A stretch of 63,606 nucleotides of DNA, filler included, from Intoshia linei (taxonomy: Eukaryota; Animalia; Orthonectida): assembly GCA_001642005.1 (NCBI GenBank). It is 5 parts of 5 records of this genome, joined end to end, with 100 filler letters (N's around TTAATTAATTAA, not from the genome) between each part and the next. Parts side by side here need not be neighbours in the genome. Positions count along the whole stretch, not along the records: positions 1 to 23,990 come from LWCA01000539.1; positions 24,091 to 49,957 come from LWCA01000487.1; 3 more parts are not named here. The stretch is one strand, 5' to 3'. Position numbers and translations under genes: made by a program. Under the pieces are notes generated by a model. That model was given only the letters and a program-made list of their open reading frames with translations, was not told where the DNA came from and did not search any database. Of this stretch, positions 12,052 to 25,633 are shown one piece after another (the first letter of the stretch is position 1; every line of letters begins with the position of its first letter).

Positions 12052-13283
12052 ATGCGTAATTCTGACAAATCTAAAATGGATGTTGATTCTTACATGATGG
12101 ACATTTTGGACGATATGTTAAAAAATAAAAAAACTAAGGGTATATTTTATTAATCATTCTATTTATTTTTTTAGATTTCACATTACCAAACACCCATCTT
12201 AACAAAATTGTAGTTGTTTTTTTGATTTTATAAATGCGTCGTTTATTTAGATTGCAAAATCTACTTCGAATGATTTTAAAAACGATGATTTTGAAGCATT
12301 TATAGCTGATCCTAATGATGGTAATTTTAGATTAATTATTTTTTTACAATATTCATTTTTTAGGTTTTGACGATTTTGTTTCACCAATGTCATTGAATAG
12401 TTCAAAATTAAACAACCATGAAAAGAAAAGTGTTTTGAATATAATGGATTTTCAAAATTTTTTTGTTTCGAAAACTGAAATGAAAGATAAAATAAAACCA
12501 TCAGTTTATAAACCACCTAAGGTTTCAATGAACGTGCTAACTCCTCAAAATTCAAGAATAGATTCATATGAATCTACTCGCCCAGAATCATTTCACCAAA
12601 TTGACGATGAAGAATTAAATATTGATGCTCTAACCATAATTCCAAATAATTTTAAAAAATTGAATAAGACTGACAGTCAGGAAAAAAAGTCAAAAACTCA
12701 TTTTAAATCTAAAAGTATCTATTCTAATGTTAATATTTATTCAATCAACCCACCTGATTTTAAGTCGAATAGATTATCTTCTTCAGGTTCTATAAATAGT
12801 TATAATCTTGATATTGACAATGCTTTTCGAAGTAATAAATTGGATAATAGCAGCTCAGAAGTTGTAAATGAGAAAACGAGTATTATTATAAACGATGCTT
12901 TTTTTAACCCATCAAGTAAACATGAATTAAATGATGGGGGATCACTTGCCAGGCTAGACCACAGATCAATGACAAAATTGGAAATTGTTCTGCCAAAGCT
13001 TTCTCCTACATTTGAAAACAGAAAAAGTGAAATAAATAAAATTAGAGATGCTTCTTTGAACAATTCCAATGATACAGATTTTAATGATTTCAAATCGTCT
13101 TCGAAGAAAAGTAATGGATCAGAATCGCAATTAGAAAATAATAAATTAAACCGTTCCGGTAAAATTGAAATTTCAAAGGAAAACGGAGGAATTAATGAAG
13201 ATTTAAATTCATTCGACGACTACTTTGAAGAAATAAGTGAACATTCGAATACAAACAATTATACTAATATACCAGGAATATAA
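12052..13283 (+). CDS. Hypothetical Ser/Asn-rich, probably disordered protein
   Basis: A 298-codon terminal exon preceded by short exons separated by GT-AG mini-introns (MRNSDKSKMDVDSYMMDILDDMLKNKKTK...). The start is uncertain. Confidence 0.65.
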
Positions 13284-13300
13284 AGTTTTTAATTAAATAT

Positions 13301-13823
13301 TTACGACTCTTCCGGAATAGGCATATTTGTATCTGGATTAATCTTTGGCTTGATTAAAACTTTGTGTATATGAGGTATTACACCTCCACCGGCAATTGTA
13401 GCTTTTATAAGAGTATCTAATTCTTCGTCACCTCTGATAGCTAGTTGTAAATGTCTGGGTGTAATTCTTTTTACTTTTAAATCTTTACTGGCATTTCCTG
13501 CTAATTCAAGAACTTCAGCAGTAAGATATTCCAAAATGGCAGCTAATAATTTATCAATTTACAATATTAGAATTTACCTGCATAAACCGCTGCTGTCGCC
13601 CCAACTCTTCCATTTGAGGTTACTCTGTTTTTGAGCATTCTATGTAATCTTCCAACAGGAAACTAGAAGAATTGTATGGTTTCATATTCTCATTACAAAC
13701 CTGTAGTCCGGCTCTAACTGACCTAGATATTCCTTTAATTTTAACTTTTCCTTTTGCTTCTTTTCCAGCTTTTCCTCCAGCCTATTTTAAATTTTATATT
13801 AAAAATTTGTATAAATTCACCAT
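13301..13823 (-). CDS. H2AZ: Histone variant H2A.Z (H2Av), 4 exons
   Basis: M|[27 protein letters not shown]|[28 protein letters not shown]|[61 protein letters not shown]. Confidence 0.97.
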
Positions 13824-14128
13824 TTTTGATATTGTAAAATAGAATTATAAATATGAATAATTTAAATGTAGTTTATCGCGTTTCCATATCACCGCTACTT
13901 ATTTTTATTTTTACCATGGATTTTATACTTTCTTGACTTGATATCACACATTTCAAAATTACCATAGAATTAACAATCCATTTTTAGTATTAATTAATTA
14001 TAATCTTTAAATGAATTCATTTATTATACAAACGACGGTTTTATAAGATGTGATCACCGTTTCTTTATTTTTATCGTTTTTAAAAATAAACAAAAATAAT
14101 TTAAAATTTGTGCCTTGACTTTGTTGGA

Positions 14129-16708
14129 ATGGTAACTATAGAACGCAATAAAAATAGTTGTTTCAGGCCATGTCCGGCACTAGATATAATATTAAATTGA
14201 AAGAACCTAATGACGATTCATATTCAGAGTTTTCATATTTTTATTTGAGTGATTACAAGGTAATTCCATTTTTACTACATATATTTATTGACTAGAATGA
14301 GGATGAACCTAATGGATGTATTGTGATTGATAATATTGACGTTGATTATGCCACAATTGAAAAATTGGTTTTTTATTTAAATTTGATTTACTAACTTAGA
14401 GTTAGAATCAAAAAAACAAAAAACGCAAACTATACGAAGAAGATTTAGTAGATCTTACTGATGGGTACGATATTGACGACCCCTTTATCGATGATACCGA
14501 AGTCGTAATTGGATTTTTTGCAAAAACTTATTTTAATTAGTTTGATGAACAATTACCATATTGGTTGACCACAGATAGAGGAGGATTTTATATAAATAAA
14601 GGAATTTTAAATTTTAAAAGAGTTAATAGAGACGAATCTACACAAATTAATGTTATGCCAGACCTGCAGCTCATCGACAAAGAAAAAAATAAAGTAATAT
14701 TTATTTGTATGTAATTAAATTGTTGTAGATTAAGCAAAAACCAAAAAAAATATGTATTGATGATACCGAATGTGATGATGCTCTTAAAGGTTTTTGAAAT
14801 TGAAATTAAATTAAATTTTAGCTGCAATAGCGTTTGTGAAACCAGAAGACACTGATGTTGTGGAAGTCATGAAAAAATTGCCCGTACTCGTTGTATTTTA
14901 TTAGTGTATCATAATTTTAGATTAGTTATTCAGCAGTCGATACAAAGGAATTGGAGACAGTGATTTTACAGTAATTATAATTGTTAAAATTTAAAATAAG
15001 TCTATGCAAAAATGTTATTTGGTGATCATTAACCTGAAAATTCATACAATTAATTTTTTAAATTCCGTGATTAACTTTTGAATATGATGGAATCATCTCT
15101 TGTGATTGTTGATATTGGGCAGCTGATTATTACATAATTTTTATAAAAAATTAACGTGGCATTGCGCAATGTGCTATAAAATATAAAAGGTCCACAATTC
15201 GAGTCCTTAAAAAACACATTTTATATAATTAAAAGAACTATGTGAAAGTTTTAACTTATCCTATTATGCTACTTGGTTATTCATATTAATTGAAAATATC
15301 ACACTATCTGTCACGCATCAGTAATTTTTTATTTTAAAAATAAGAGAATTAACTATAATCAATTGGATAACCATTGTCAACTTAGTGGTATGAAATAATA
15401 TGGTTGACGGTTGTAAAGTAATAATTTCTTTCAGTTTTTGGTTATAAAAAACGATGATTGAATTTTGAAAAATTTTGTGGGGTAAAAAAATTAATAAATA
15501 CTATTAACAAAATTTTTCCGTCATTTCATATATAATTATTAATTACCTTGCAATGCCCTTATACCTTCTACGTGCCAAACTTTTTAAATATGTATTGCTT
15601 ATCTGGCGTTCACAGTTTTTTTGCGATAGGACTTACTTTTCGAAAAAAATTTCTGTAATCGCCCACTAGTAAAATTATGAAATGTTTTATTAAATAGCAG
15701 GGTTACTACACTTTAAGTGTAATTTATTAATTTTATATTATTTTTAATAGATTGATCAATTATTCTGAAAACTTTGAAGAAAGTGTAAATACTCTGTTTT
15801 GGGCTTGGATAAGTAAATTTTTGCGATCAAAAAAATATTTAATTAATAAAATGTGTATACAAAATGGAGAATCAAAATTGAAAAAGTTGATAAGTTTATT
15901 ACATTGTCAAATTGACAGTCAAATGCCGCTTTCCATTAAAAATTACCAAGAAAATGTGCAAAATTTCAAATCAATGACAATGAAAAACCTTGAAAATTCT
16001 AATGATAAAATTTGTGGTACTTCAATGGTTAGCATTCCTCTGTATAAGCCTAAAATGATATTTGTGTTTACTCCGGAAATTATACTTTTGATGAGGAGAA
16101 TAGTTTCTGAAAAACTATCTCACGTTAAGTATTACTCAATATGTATCAATAATAAGGATGACGCCATTCAATACATTAAGAACTTTTTTAAAGTTAGCAT
16201 CAAGCATCTATGGTCGAAGGGTTGGATATCCGCCACCATATTTTTGAGAAAAGTATCAGTTGTATTTTCAAAGTATTCTAATAAACCTGAAAATAAAATA
16301 AAATTTCATACTGAATCAAAACCAAATCAACGTATTTTACAAACTGGCGTGTCTGACACACAAAGTATTATGGTTGCAACAAATAATGTCGACATAGACC
16401 ATGGATACTCCAAGGAATATCACGATAAATTAAAAACCAATACATTTATGAATTTAGCAAATACAATTCCTACTCCTATTACCAAAATTCCATCTCTCAT
16501 TCAACTATCTCTGGAATCAAATCCAATCTCATCTATCAAAGAAAATTTAGTCAGTACCGTAAATGATATCAATCTCGATAGTATTACGACAAAAAACATT
16601 CAACCAGGCGTAGAAATGTTCTTTGAAAATACAGATCCTGTTATAATATCAGATAACAGTCAAGATGAGGCTAATAACCTCCAATCACAAAGTTTATTTT
16701 CCGGTTAA
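14129..16708 (+). CDS. UBN: Ubinuclein / yemanuclein (HIRA complex H3.3 chaperone subunit)
   Basis: HUN/HRD motif EDLVDLTDGYDIDDPFIDDTEV|FDEQLPYWLTTDRGGFYINKGILNFKR and N-terminal EPNDDSYSEFSY. Multiple mini-introns; the long terminal exon is 15751-16708. Confidence 0.85.
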
Positions 16709-16826
16709 ATTTTGATATAATGTAAATCCTACAAATCTTGTAATTTTTAAAATAAAATACATTTTGTATAGTCTTATTGAGAATCTGGAAGATGGTACAA
16801 GAGTTCGAAGTATTTATTATTTAAAT

Positions 16827-17954
16827 CAGGCATTCTCAACGGGGTCTATGAAAATTATATACATTTTCAGTAACATAAAGTCGTTTTTTTAAAACAAAAT
16901 TTAATTTTATTTTCTTGGTTGTTGATAAATATTGATATTAAAGCAATTAACATTGGAGATTTCTCGAAAAAATGAAAGTTAAAATGTATTATTCATCAAT
17001 ATAAATTGAACTCAAAGGAACTGATTATCTTGTTTTTTTACAGAATTGAAAACTCATTGTAGTTTTTGAATGTTTTATATGATCAATTGCACCATATCTT
17101 ATTAATAAAGTAAAAATTTCCAATAGGTTGGTTTATTCTTCTCTCCTGATTGATTTGTTTTCAGCTGGCACAAGGATACATTTATTTTATGATAATGCTG
17201 TTTCATCAACATCGTTATAATTCCACGTAGCTGCGAAGATATTTCGAACAAACAATAATCATGAAATCTTTCTTTTTTGGTCAGATTATTCTTTGATATA
17301 AAGTATTTTGAAGGATTACTTTTTATCAGGTTATAACTTGATATTTTAAATCGATGTCGTTTATAAGAATAAAAAAAGCTCACTAATACTAATATAAAAC
17401 GAGCAAATCATGTAAAAGTAAATTCTTTGGTATTAAATTAAATTACTTACAACTGTAAAATCTTATTGGGAAACCTCCATTGTTTTATTTTAGGAGCATC
17501 GGTTTTATTTAATTATTTTATTAAAATTTATGACCGAGCCAAGTTTTTAGTCATAAAAAAAGCTTTAAATTGAAAAGGGGACAAAAAATCATTCAATATT
17601 CATGATTCTATAAAACATGAACCAAAGGATATAAAATATTAATTTTTAACAAAGATGATAAATAATATTGACTTTTTATTGATCTGATAAAATATGTAGT
17701 AAACAATTAATAAGGTACTGTAAACAATACCTGAAAACATGTTCCATTTTGAGAACATTGATGGGTTAAAGGTTAACATTAATAGTTTATCATATCGTAA
17801 AAATAGAGTACTCCATGTCTTTTGACCATCATTCGTTTCACCCAAATGTAATGATTCATTAAAAATTATTATTATTATTAATTTTTTTGGGGTCCACAGG
17901 TTTTTTGTAATATCATCTTAGGGGTCCACAGCGAAAAATGGTTGAGAATGCCTG
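16827..17954. mobile_element. Non-autonomous hAT (Charlie/Buster-like) element
   Basis: Perfect TIRs CAGGCATTCTCAAC / GTTGAGAATGCCTG and a perfect 8-bp TSD ATTTAAAT. Confidence 0.9.
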
Positions 17955-18909
17955 ATTTAAATTATGAACTTATATATAAAGTTCACTTCTCATAGTGATT
18001 ATATCACTACACATATTTATAATTACAGTACAATTGCTTCAATTTTGACGATAATAATTAATGGCCAATCACTTTTATAGTATAAAAACTTTTTAAAACT
18101 ACAAAAAACTGTAAATTTTCTTATTAAATTATATTATATTATGCAAATATGTGTGCCCTGCAGAAAATTGAAAAAGAGCTAAACTACCATTTCACATAGG
18201 GTCAGCTAAATCAGATTTTTAATTCTTTGTATCGAAAAAACTTTTTTTCTTAAATTTGCAGCGTTCCCTTGCAAAATATTATACTATAATAAAGATTTTC
18301 AGCACGCATCCAACAAATATAAAATGCGTCCTATTTTATATGTTTTTCTGACAAAATCTGCTCCAATGGGAAAAAAGTTGGGAAACCTATATTAGAGAAT
18401 AAAAAATGCAAAGTAGATCGTATTGATTTTATCTATTATAATCTTTATCAGATGTTCATCCTAAAAGGTTATTCATTGGGAAAAATATAAAACTATCAAA
18501 CATTTTAACTATTGTACAATATATTCATTGTCAGTTTTTTTCAAACTTTTTGTGCGAATTTGAGTGACCACTCGCGACCCACTGTTTAAAGATTTTATTT
18601 TTTTATATATTTGAATAATTTCATTTTTAGCAACCCATTTAAATATTTATCATGTTGCCCCGTTTGAGATTCTGTCCTGTATTTGGAAATATAGAATACA
18701 TTCTTTCGCTATTATTCGGTAAACTAAAACTTGATTCACATTAATCAACGTTTATTGAATTTAAAAATATTTAAAAATGCCAAATCCTCTTTTAATTTCA
18801 CATTAAATATCTTTCCATTCCATTTAGTTTTCAATGCTCTACTATATTGAAAATGCTAAAGAATACATAAATGTATGCATGTATTTTTTTATTTTTTGAA
18901 AATACCATT

Positions 18910-19240
18910 ATTATGATAGTGCAAAGTATCGGAAAATATAATGATGCTGTTACAATAATGTTTAAGCACAGAGAGTATACTCCAATCACTAAAATATTTT
19001 TATAAAAATATTATTTGAAATTACAGGTTTTCAGCAAGAATTCTTTCAATATTGGAAAAAAATTACGACATATTCCCTAAATATTGGTTTGTAGTGAATA
19101 ATAGCAAAAATTTCCATCAATTTAGATTATAATTAATCCCATTAATAGCTAAATTTAGGTGGATTGTATTAAATATTGTTAAATATATTAGTTGATCAAA
19201 AAAATGACAATACTTTGAGACCTATATTTCTTAAGGTTTC
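18910..19240 (+). pseudogene. Histidine acid phosphatase-like 5' exons, degraded
   Basis: TIMFKHREYTPI (a decayed RHGxRxP-like motif), followed by a GFQQE..FNIGKKLR-like exon with a frameshift. Confidence 0.45.
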
Positions 19241-19697
19241 ATTCCTACTCCTCTTAAAGATACGCAAATATTGTGCACTATTTGTTTAAATGTTTTTTCT
19301 AATGAACCTATGAATTCATCCAGATTACAAGATCATTTGAGTAATGTCTGTTTATTTATTTGTTCCAGTTTATTTAAGAAAGTAAGGGTATTCGAGTTTT
19401 AAAAATTTTATATTCTTATAACAGTTTTTCCAGATTGATGCTTTATCGTAATTTTCAATTTGAAATATTGAGTCCTTCAAGGTTAAAAACCTCAATTGTC
19501 CTTTGTTTTTAAATTCAAACCAGTCCTAGAATTATTCAAAAATACACATTCTAATAAAAAATTTTAAATTCATAAGCATTTGCATCACCAAACGAAGCTA
19601 TATTTAATTTAATCGTGAGGAATTCAACCCTACATTTATAGAAAATAATAATTAATAGTGTTGGTATCGATATCACTAAACAAATTCTCACCACTAA

Positions 19698-20137
19698 CAG
19701 GGGCGGATCCAAGAGGCTAGTTAATGCAAAGTTAATAACAAAGCAAGCAATATATTTAACTTCACCAAAGGCGAAAAAATTTTTTAAGGGCGTCTAGTTT
19801 GATTTTAAAGCGTTTCTTTTAATTTAATTTAAAGGTTGTTATACAATAGTTTCCAAATTTGTATTTTTTTGTAAAAATAAAAAAATGATCTTCACAAAAA
19901 AAGAGAAATTAATTTTGTTTATTAAATAATCCTAAATCAATTAGGTCCAGTCTTCTTGGATGAAGTATTGCAAATTCATTAACTAAACTTTCAATATATA
20001 CTATAACATAATACATTATAGTCATAGTGGCAATTCATGAGGGCCAGTCCACATAGACGATTACCAATCATTGTTGATCTTAAAAAATTTGAAAATAAAA
20101 CGCAATATTTGCATAATCCACCCTTGAATCCGCCCTG
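19698..20137 (-). mobile_element. hAT (ZMYM1/Tip100-like) deletion derivative
   Basis: TIRs CAGGGGCGGATCCAAG / CTTGAATCCGCCCTG; internal remnant LRSTMIGNRLCGLALMNCH...LVNEFAILHPRRL; flanking ACTAA direct repeat. Confidence 0.75.
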
Positions 20138-21604
20138 ACTAAGAATATTTTTTGAAACACTATTTAACATATTACGTTATAACATTTTCCTCTGTAGCAG
20201 TCATATCCATCTTCCATATTTAACAGTTTATGATTTGATGTAGTATAGGTTAAACATTCCGATGTGTGATCAGCTTTACAGCAATGGTAGCATGAATCCA
20301 CAACTAATTTTTATATTTAATATAATTTTTTTAAATGATAAATTTGGAATATAAGGTCATTTTTATATATTGTAAAAAAATCTATTTGAGTTTATCTCGA
20401 GGAGATGTCTCGAGTAGAGTAGGAAGTTCATCTCTGCCTATAACTAATCAACTAAAATTTCTTCTGTGTAGCGTCGTTTCTGTGATAATAAAAAAAAATT
20501 AAAAAGTTAGAAAGAGACTTATAAAATAATAAAGTACATGTAATTAAATTTTAAATAAGTCCATATTTATCTTATCAGCTAAGAATGAGTCTCTTTACAC
20601 GAAACTACTAATCAATACAGGATGATTATAATTATACACAAAATGAGATATACGTTCGAACCTCGATTAGGCATCATTTTTTGAAAAGTGCGCAAAATTA
20701 GAAGATTTAGTTAATTATCTAATTTTTCATTATCAAATTAATTGTTAATAAATTAATAGTGTAAATACCCACATTATTACAATATTTTATATTTGTTAGT
20801 ATTACGGTTCAACCCGACTTAGGTGGTATTTTCAGCTAAATTCAAGTAAAATCAAAATTTAAATAAAAAAAATTATCTGACACATAATGGAATAAGCTCA
20901 GATGTGTTATCGAATTTCACATTTCAAATTTGTTTATAAAGTTAATTAAGCTTAAAATCAAATGCATTATATTTGTATGTACCTAATTTTTTGAAAAATA
21001 ATTGTTGAAAAAGTAAATTCTAATCTAGAAATATATAGCCAAAGTAAATTATATATACATGTATAATTATGTATATCTATTAGGGTGTCACACATGTATA
21101 AGAATCTAGGATGAACCATGATGGTAGGGTGTATTTTATGAAAATGTGACACCCTAATACAGATAGTAGGGTGTTTCACATTTTAAAAATATTGTTGGTA
21201 ACAATAAATGGTAACAACTTTAAGTTAAAATTTTTGATAGTTTTACAAAAACAGATAATACCAAAAAAAATTTTTTTACCACGAATCAAGTCTCGCACGC
21301 AATTTTTATGATTCCATACAAAAATGTATACAAATATGATACAAATAAGTATACTACTAAAAATGTATATATTTATTTTTTACGGGTTTAATTTAAAATT
21401 GAAAGTCTTTTAAAAGTATAAATTACGTTAGCTATAACTAAATTTAAAAAGTTAATATGTATAATGAGAACATGGGATTCAACATAAAAAAACTGTGTAT
21501 CATAGTAACTACCATAATTCATTATTTACTAGAATAAAGTTCAGTTGTAACTTTTCTCTAATACTAATATCTAATAATATTTTAATAATTATTTTTATAA
21601 TGTA

Positions 21605-22152
21605 CTAGGTTGACTGTTATGTACTACGTACAAACAGGACCTAGCTCTGCCGAGGGCATATTTTTATTCTATAATTAAAAATAATATTCACGTTGAAAAT
21701 CTAACTTAAAAATCCTATTATTCACTATTATCAATGCTATAAATGAGTGGTTCCCAAACTTCTTTCAGGTGGAGCCGTCATATCACATTACTTTTACTTT
21801 AAAGTGAATATTCCATCTTAATTTTTTTAACATTTGCGTAAAGAATTTTAAAAACAATTGGCCCTGAAGATATATTTTGTTTAAATTAAAAATTATGATA
21901 ATATTTATGATTTTAAAATCCGTATCAGAATATATATTTTTAAATTCTCCAACTCGTTTGATTTTCAAAAAAGGACAATTGGAATTTTTGACCCGTAATA
22001 TATGAGTTTAGGAAGTTGAAATATATTTTGCTAACCTCTGGAATAAACTGTAATTGAAATTTGGACTTTATAAAATTCTAAGTCTGGTAGTTACAGAAAT
22101 AAACGGAAACACACACAAACAAAAATTGCGTAGTATATTACATAAATAAGGA
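21605..22152 (-). mobile_element. Non-autonomous Helitron, full-length copy
   Basis: On the minus strand A|TCCTTATTT...hairpin CTGTTTGTACGTAGTACATAACAG...CTAG|T, with no TSD. Homologous to the copy at 37231-37693. Confidence 0.8.
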
Positions 22153-22249
22153 TAACTAAATTTAAAAAATTAAAATGTTTAGTGGCATCCAACGTAAAAA
22201 TACTGTTTATCTTAGTAACTATCATAATTCACTATTTCGTCGAATAAAG

Positions 22250-22406
22250 TAAAGTGACCAGAAAAAATACGTATTATCAATTTCAGTTTATTTGGTGTTA
22301 GATGTAAAGCAAAACTACTTATCTATGATGATGACGAATAAAAATTTTCGGCTTAAAATTTATTTCAAATAAACTAAAAGTGATGGTACGTTTTTTCTGG
22401 CCAATT
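22250..22406. mobile_element. Short (about 150 bp) palindromic MITE, copy 1
   Basis: AAAGTGACCAGAAAAAATACGTA...TACGTTTTTTCTGGCCAATTT; second copy at 27047-27197. Confidence 0.65.
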
Positions 22407-23539
22407 TAAATAAAGTAAGTTATAAATTTTATCTAATATTTTTGTATGGAATCATAAAAATTTCGTGCAAGACTTCATTCGTGGTTAAAAATTTTTTTTG
22501 GGTGTGTCGTGAAAAAGTTTATGCCTATCAAAATTTTATACCTACCAATTGAACGATAATTGAGATCAATATAGAAACAGCATTACACTAACAAAAAAAG
22601 TAATTGAGCACTGCTCAATTGCTCAATGAGCAGTGACATAAGCACACATAACAAACAAAACATAAGCCAGATTAATTTTAGGTTAAATAACAGTGTGCAA
22701 AATGAAGGAAATTGTGTATTGTTATAAGCCAAAATTAATTTAGGTTACATTTCCATTTGATTAAAAAATGAATGAATTTTGTTATTATAAGCCAAAATTA
22801 TACTATACTATTTTAGTCACATATATTAACTAAAATTAAATCCGTAGGTATAAAATTTTTCACGACGGGATGATGAAAAATTTTCGACCTACCAAAAAAA
22901 ATTTTTTTACACATAATTCACTCTGAACTGGCCATAAAAAAAAACCCTTAAAAATTTTACGGTGATTTATTTCATAAATTTTATTGAGCTTCAATACAAG
23001 ATTTTTAAATTTTATCAGTTTATGAAGAATAGATATTTAAAAAAATACTATAAAAAAATAATTCCTGAAAATTAAAAATTGATTTTGTTGTATAAAAATG
23101 GTAATTTACAAAAACGGCACACATTTATAATTATGTACTTATGAAATACATATCAACAAAATATCACACTTCAGAGTCTGAAGTTCAGATTTGAGAATGT
23201 TAATGTTTATTTGTCAAATTACAAAATTACAAATTGTCGATTACAAAATTTGATTGATGATTACATTCAAGGTAGAAAAACTATAAGTGAATTTCTAGGC
23301 GGAATTGCTTATAACTATGGCAAGTTTTTTTTGGATCTATAAATTTTGAAATTCGGACCTATAAATCTGAACTTTTTATACCTAATAGTAAAATATTTTA
23401 AATTTTTGGACTTAATAATTTTTTATTCCAATAGCAACAATTGAAAATAATTATACTATCTATTTATGACAAATTAATTAAAATTTAATAAAAAAATAAT
23501 ATTAATTGGTTTAATTTGTTGTTAAATTATAATGACAAA

Positions 23540-23990
23540 CTGTATATTTTTTAATATTATCGGTTTTAAAATTTCTTTCAATCTTTTGCAATCAGTTTTT
23601 TAAGCATTAGAGAAGCTTCGTTCTACGGCAGCTGAAGTTGATTGACAATTTTCAAATAGTTCATATATATACGGAAAAATATTATCATTCTTCAATTAGC
23701 AAATAACTCTAATGTCATTGTTTTCCAGGCGTTTCATAATGTATAATTTGATATTACATGGATTTTCTTCAAAATGGATATATTAGATAGCTTTCCAGGC
23801 TTTAATTATAGAAAAAGAGCAATCTTCACATTTTTTAATTAATTCATATATCATTTTGTAGTTTGATATAATTTTTAATTCTGATAGTAATGTTTCTTTG
23901 GATATTGCACATTTGGCTTGTCTAACTATGAGAGCATCACCTTCGAATTTGTTAACTATACGTTTTACAGTTGGTAAATGTTTTTCATAA
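23540..23990 (-). mobile_element. hAT transposase C-terminal remnant
   Basis: Minus-strand TSAAVERSFS dimerisation-domain motif at about 23610-23640, with stops. Confidence 0.6.
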
Positions 23991-24090
23991 NNNNNNNNNN
24001 NNNNNNNNNNNNNNNNNNNNNNNNNNNNNNNNNNTTAATTAATTAANNNNNNNNNNNNNNNNNNNNNNNNNNNNNNNNNNNNNNNNNNNN

Positions 24091-25072
24091 GCAAGTTTTT
24101 GTTAAGGAAACGAATAGATATGCAAAACAAAAAAATAGACAAAAATTTAAAACTAATTTATCAGAATTACGAGTAAATGTATTACGATAAAATGATAACT
24201 CAGTTGTAACATTTGCTAGCAACGTTTGTGGTGTAGAACCTATTGGAAAGGTCAAAAGATGGAGTAAAAAATATAATCACGGAATGGATGGCGTTGATAT
24301 ATTTGACAGAGCGGCTTCGGATTATCGACCCTTGATTAGAGCTAAGAAGTGGTATTTCCCCTTAATGATCCATGGCATTAATGCTCTAATGGTTTACGCA
24401 TGGCGTATGTACCAAATGATTCATCAATGTAAAATGCCTCAATTACAATTTCGAAGAAGCGTAGTTCTTGGTGCAATTACTACATCATTTCCTCGCCCAA
24501 TTACAGGGCCTCAGTTAACAGTATCGACTCCATCTCGATTTGATGCAGTCGACCATGTACCTATTAGTATTCAACCAAGAAGGTGTATTCTGTGTAAAAA
24601 GAATTGTCGCATAAAATGCAATAAATGCCAAAAAGCCTTACACATTAATACTTGTTTTCAAAATTATTATTCAGAATTTGAATAATAAAGTTTTATTTTA
24701 ATGCTTTTGACTGTAATAATTTAATTTTGTTAATTACAATTCGTAAAAAGTTAAAATAATCAAATTAATTTGGTCGTTACAAATATTGAATATAAACTTT
24801 TTTAAATAGCTGTTGCTATATTGACACTTAGTCCTATTGGTTAAATTTTAATTCTGAGTCATAATGAATATCAAGATATATATAACTAAAGTCATTAATG
24901 TTTTTTTCCGGTTAGCGGCTAATGACTACATATGTAGTCATTCTCAGTTTACCCAGTTTTAGTATCTCAAACCCTTAGTAATTTTACACATATTTAAATA
25001 TGCATATATAAATAACACATTTCGAAAATTATAATGTTTGACCAAGTATAAAGGGTGTCGGTCACTAATGGG
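24091..25072 (+). mobile_element. piggyBac transposase 3' remnant with right terminus
   Basis: YNHGMDGVDIFD...KKWYFPLM, Cys-rich tail RRCILC...KCNKCQKALHINTCF; ends ...ACTAATGGG|TTAA. Confidence 0.9.
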
Positions 25073-25399
25073 TTAAGTTAAACTTTAACTTAAAGTGCTA
25101 TATAATTTTTGTTTTCACGTTTTCAAATCAATTACATCATGTTTAATTTCGCATCAATTTGAATAATATTTTTATATTTTTCGGAAAAATTAGTTTACAT
25201 TTATTTTAATGTTTTTTTCAAAAATTTCAAATTTCTAAATGGATGAATCTTTTCATGGGATACATTATATAGTTTAAAATAAATATTAAGACATGTTAAA
25301 GTTTTACTGATGGTTATGTGGTGATAACTGTTTTTAATGTTTAAATTAACATGTTATTATAGAATTATTAATATTAATTAAGTTATTAAATGTAATTAG

Positions 25400-25633
25400 A
25401 CAAAGACGAATATAATATCTCAACTTTTAATGTTTAAATCTTTTAATAATATGTTTCCTGGACCAATGGCTTCATTAATATATGAGTTGGTTGTTGTAAA
25501 GGGCGATAGCTTAAAAAATGGTGAAAAATTTGTTAGAATGTATTACAGAGATACAAACGGATCGAACAATACACTCATTGAATTGTCTCTTGACATTGAT
25601 GGACAAAGTAATACTTACACTATTAAATTATAA
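25400..25633 (+). pseudogene. Acid phosphatase-like internal exon
   Basis: PGPMASLIYELVV...GEKFVRMYYRD is paralogous to PGFTDALIYELVE...GEKFIRLYYRK at 31303-31518. Confidence 0.65.

Noticed and set aside
23991-24090. N-runs with a central TTAATTAATTAA (also at about 49958, 59457 and 62379)
   Set aside because: Identical all-frame-stop linker inside every gap, so a scaffolding artefact and not biology.
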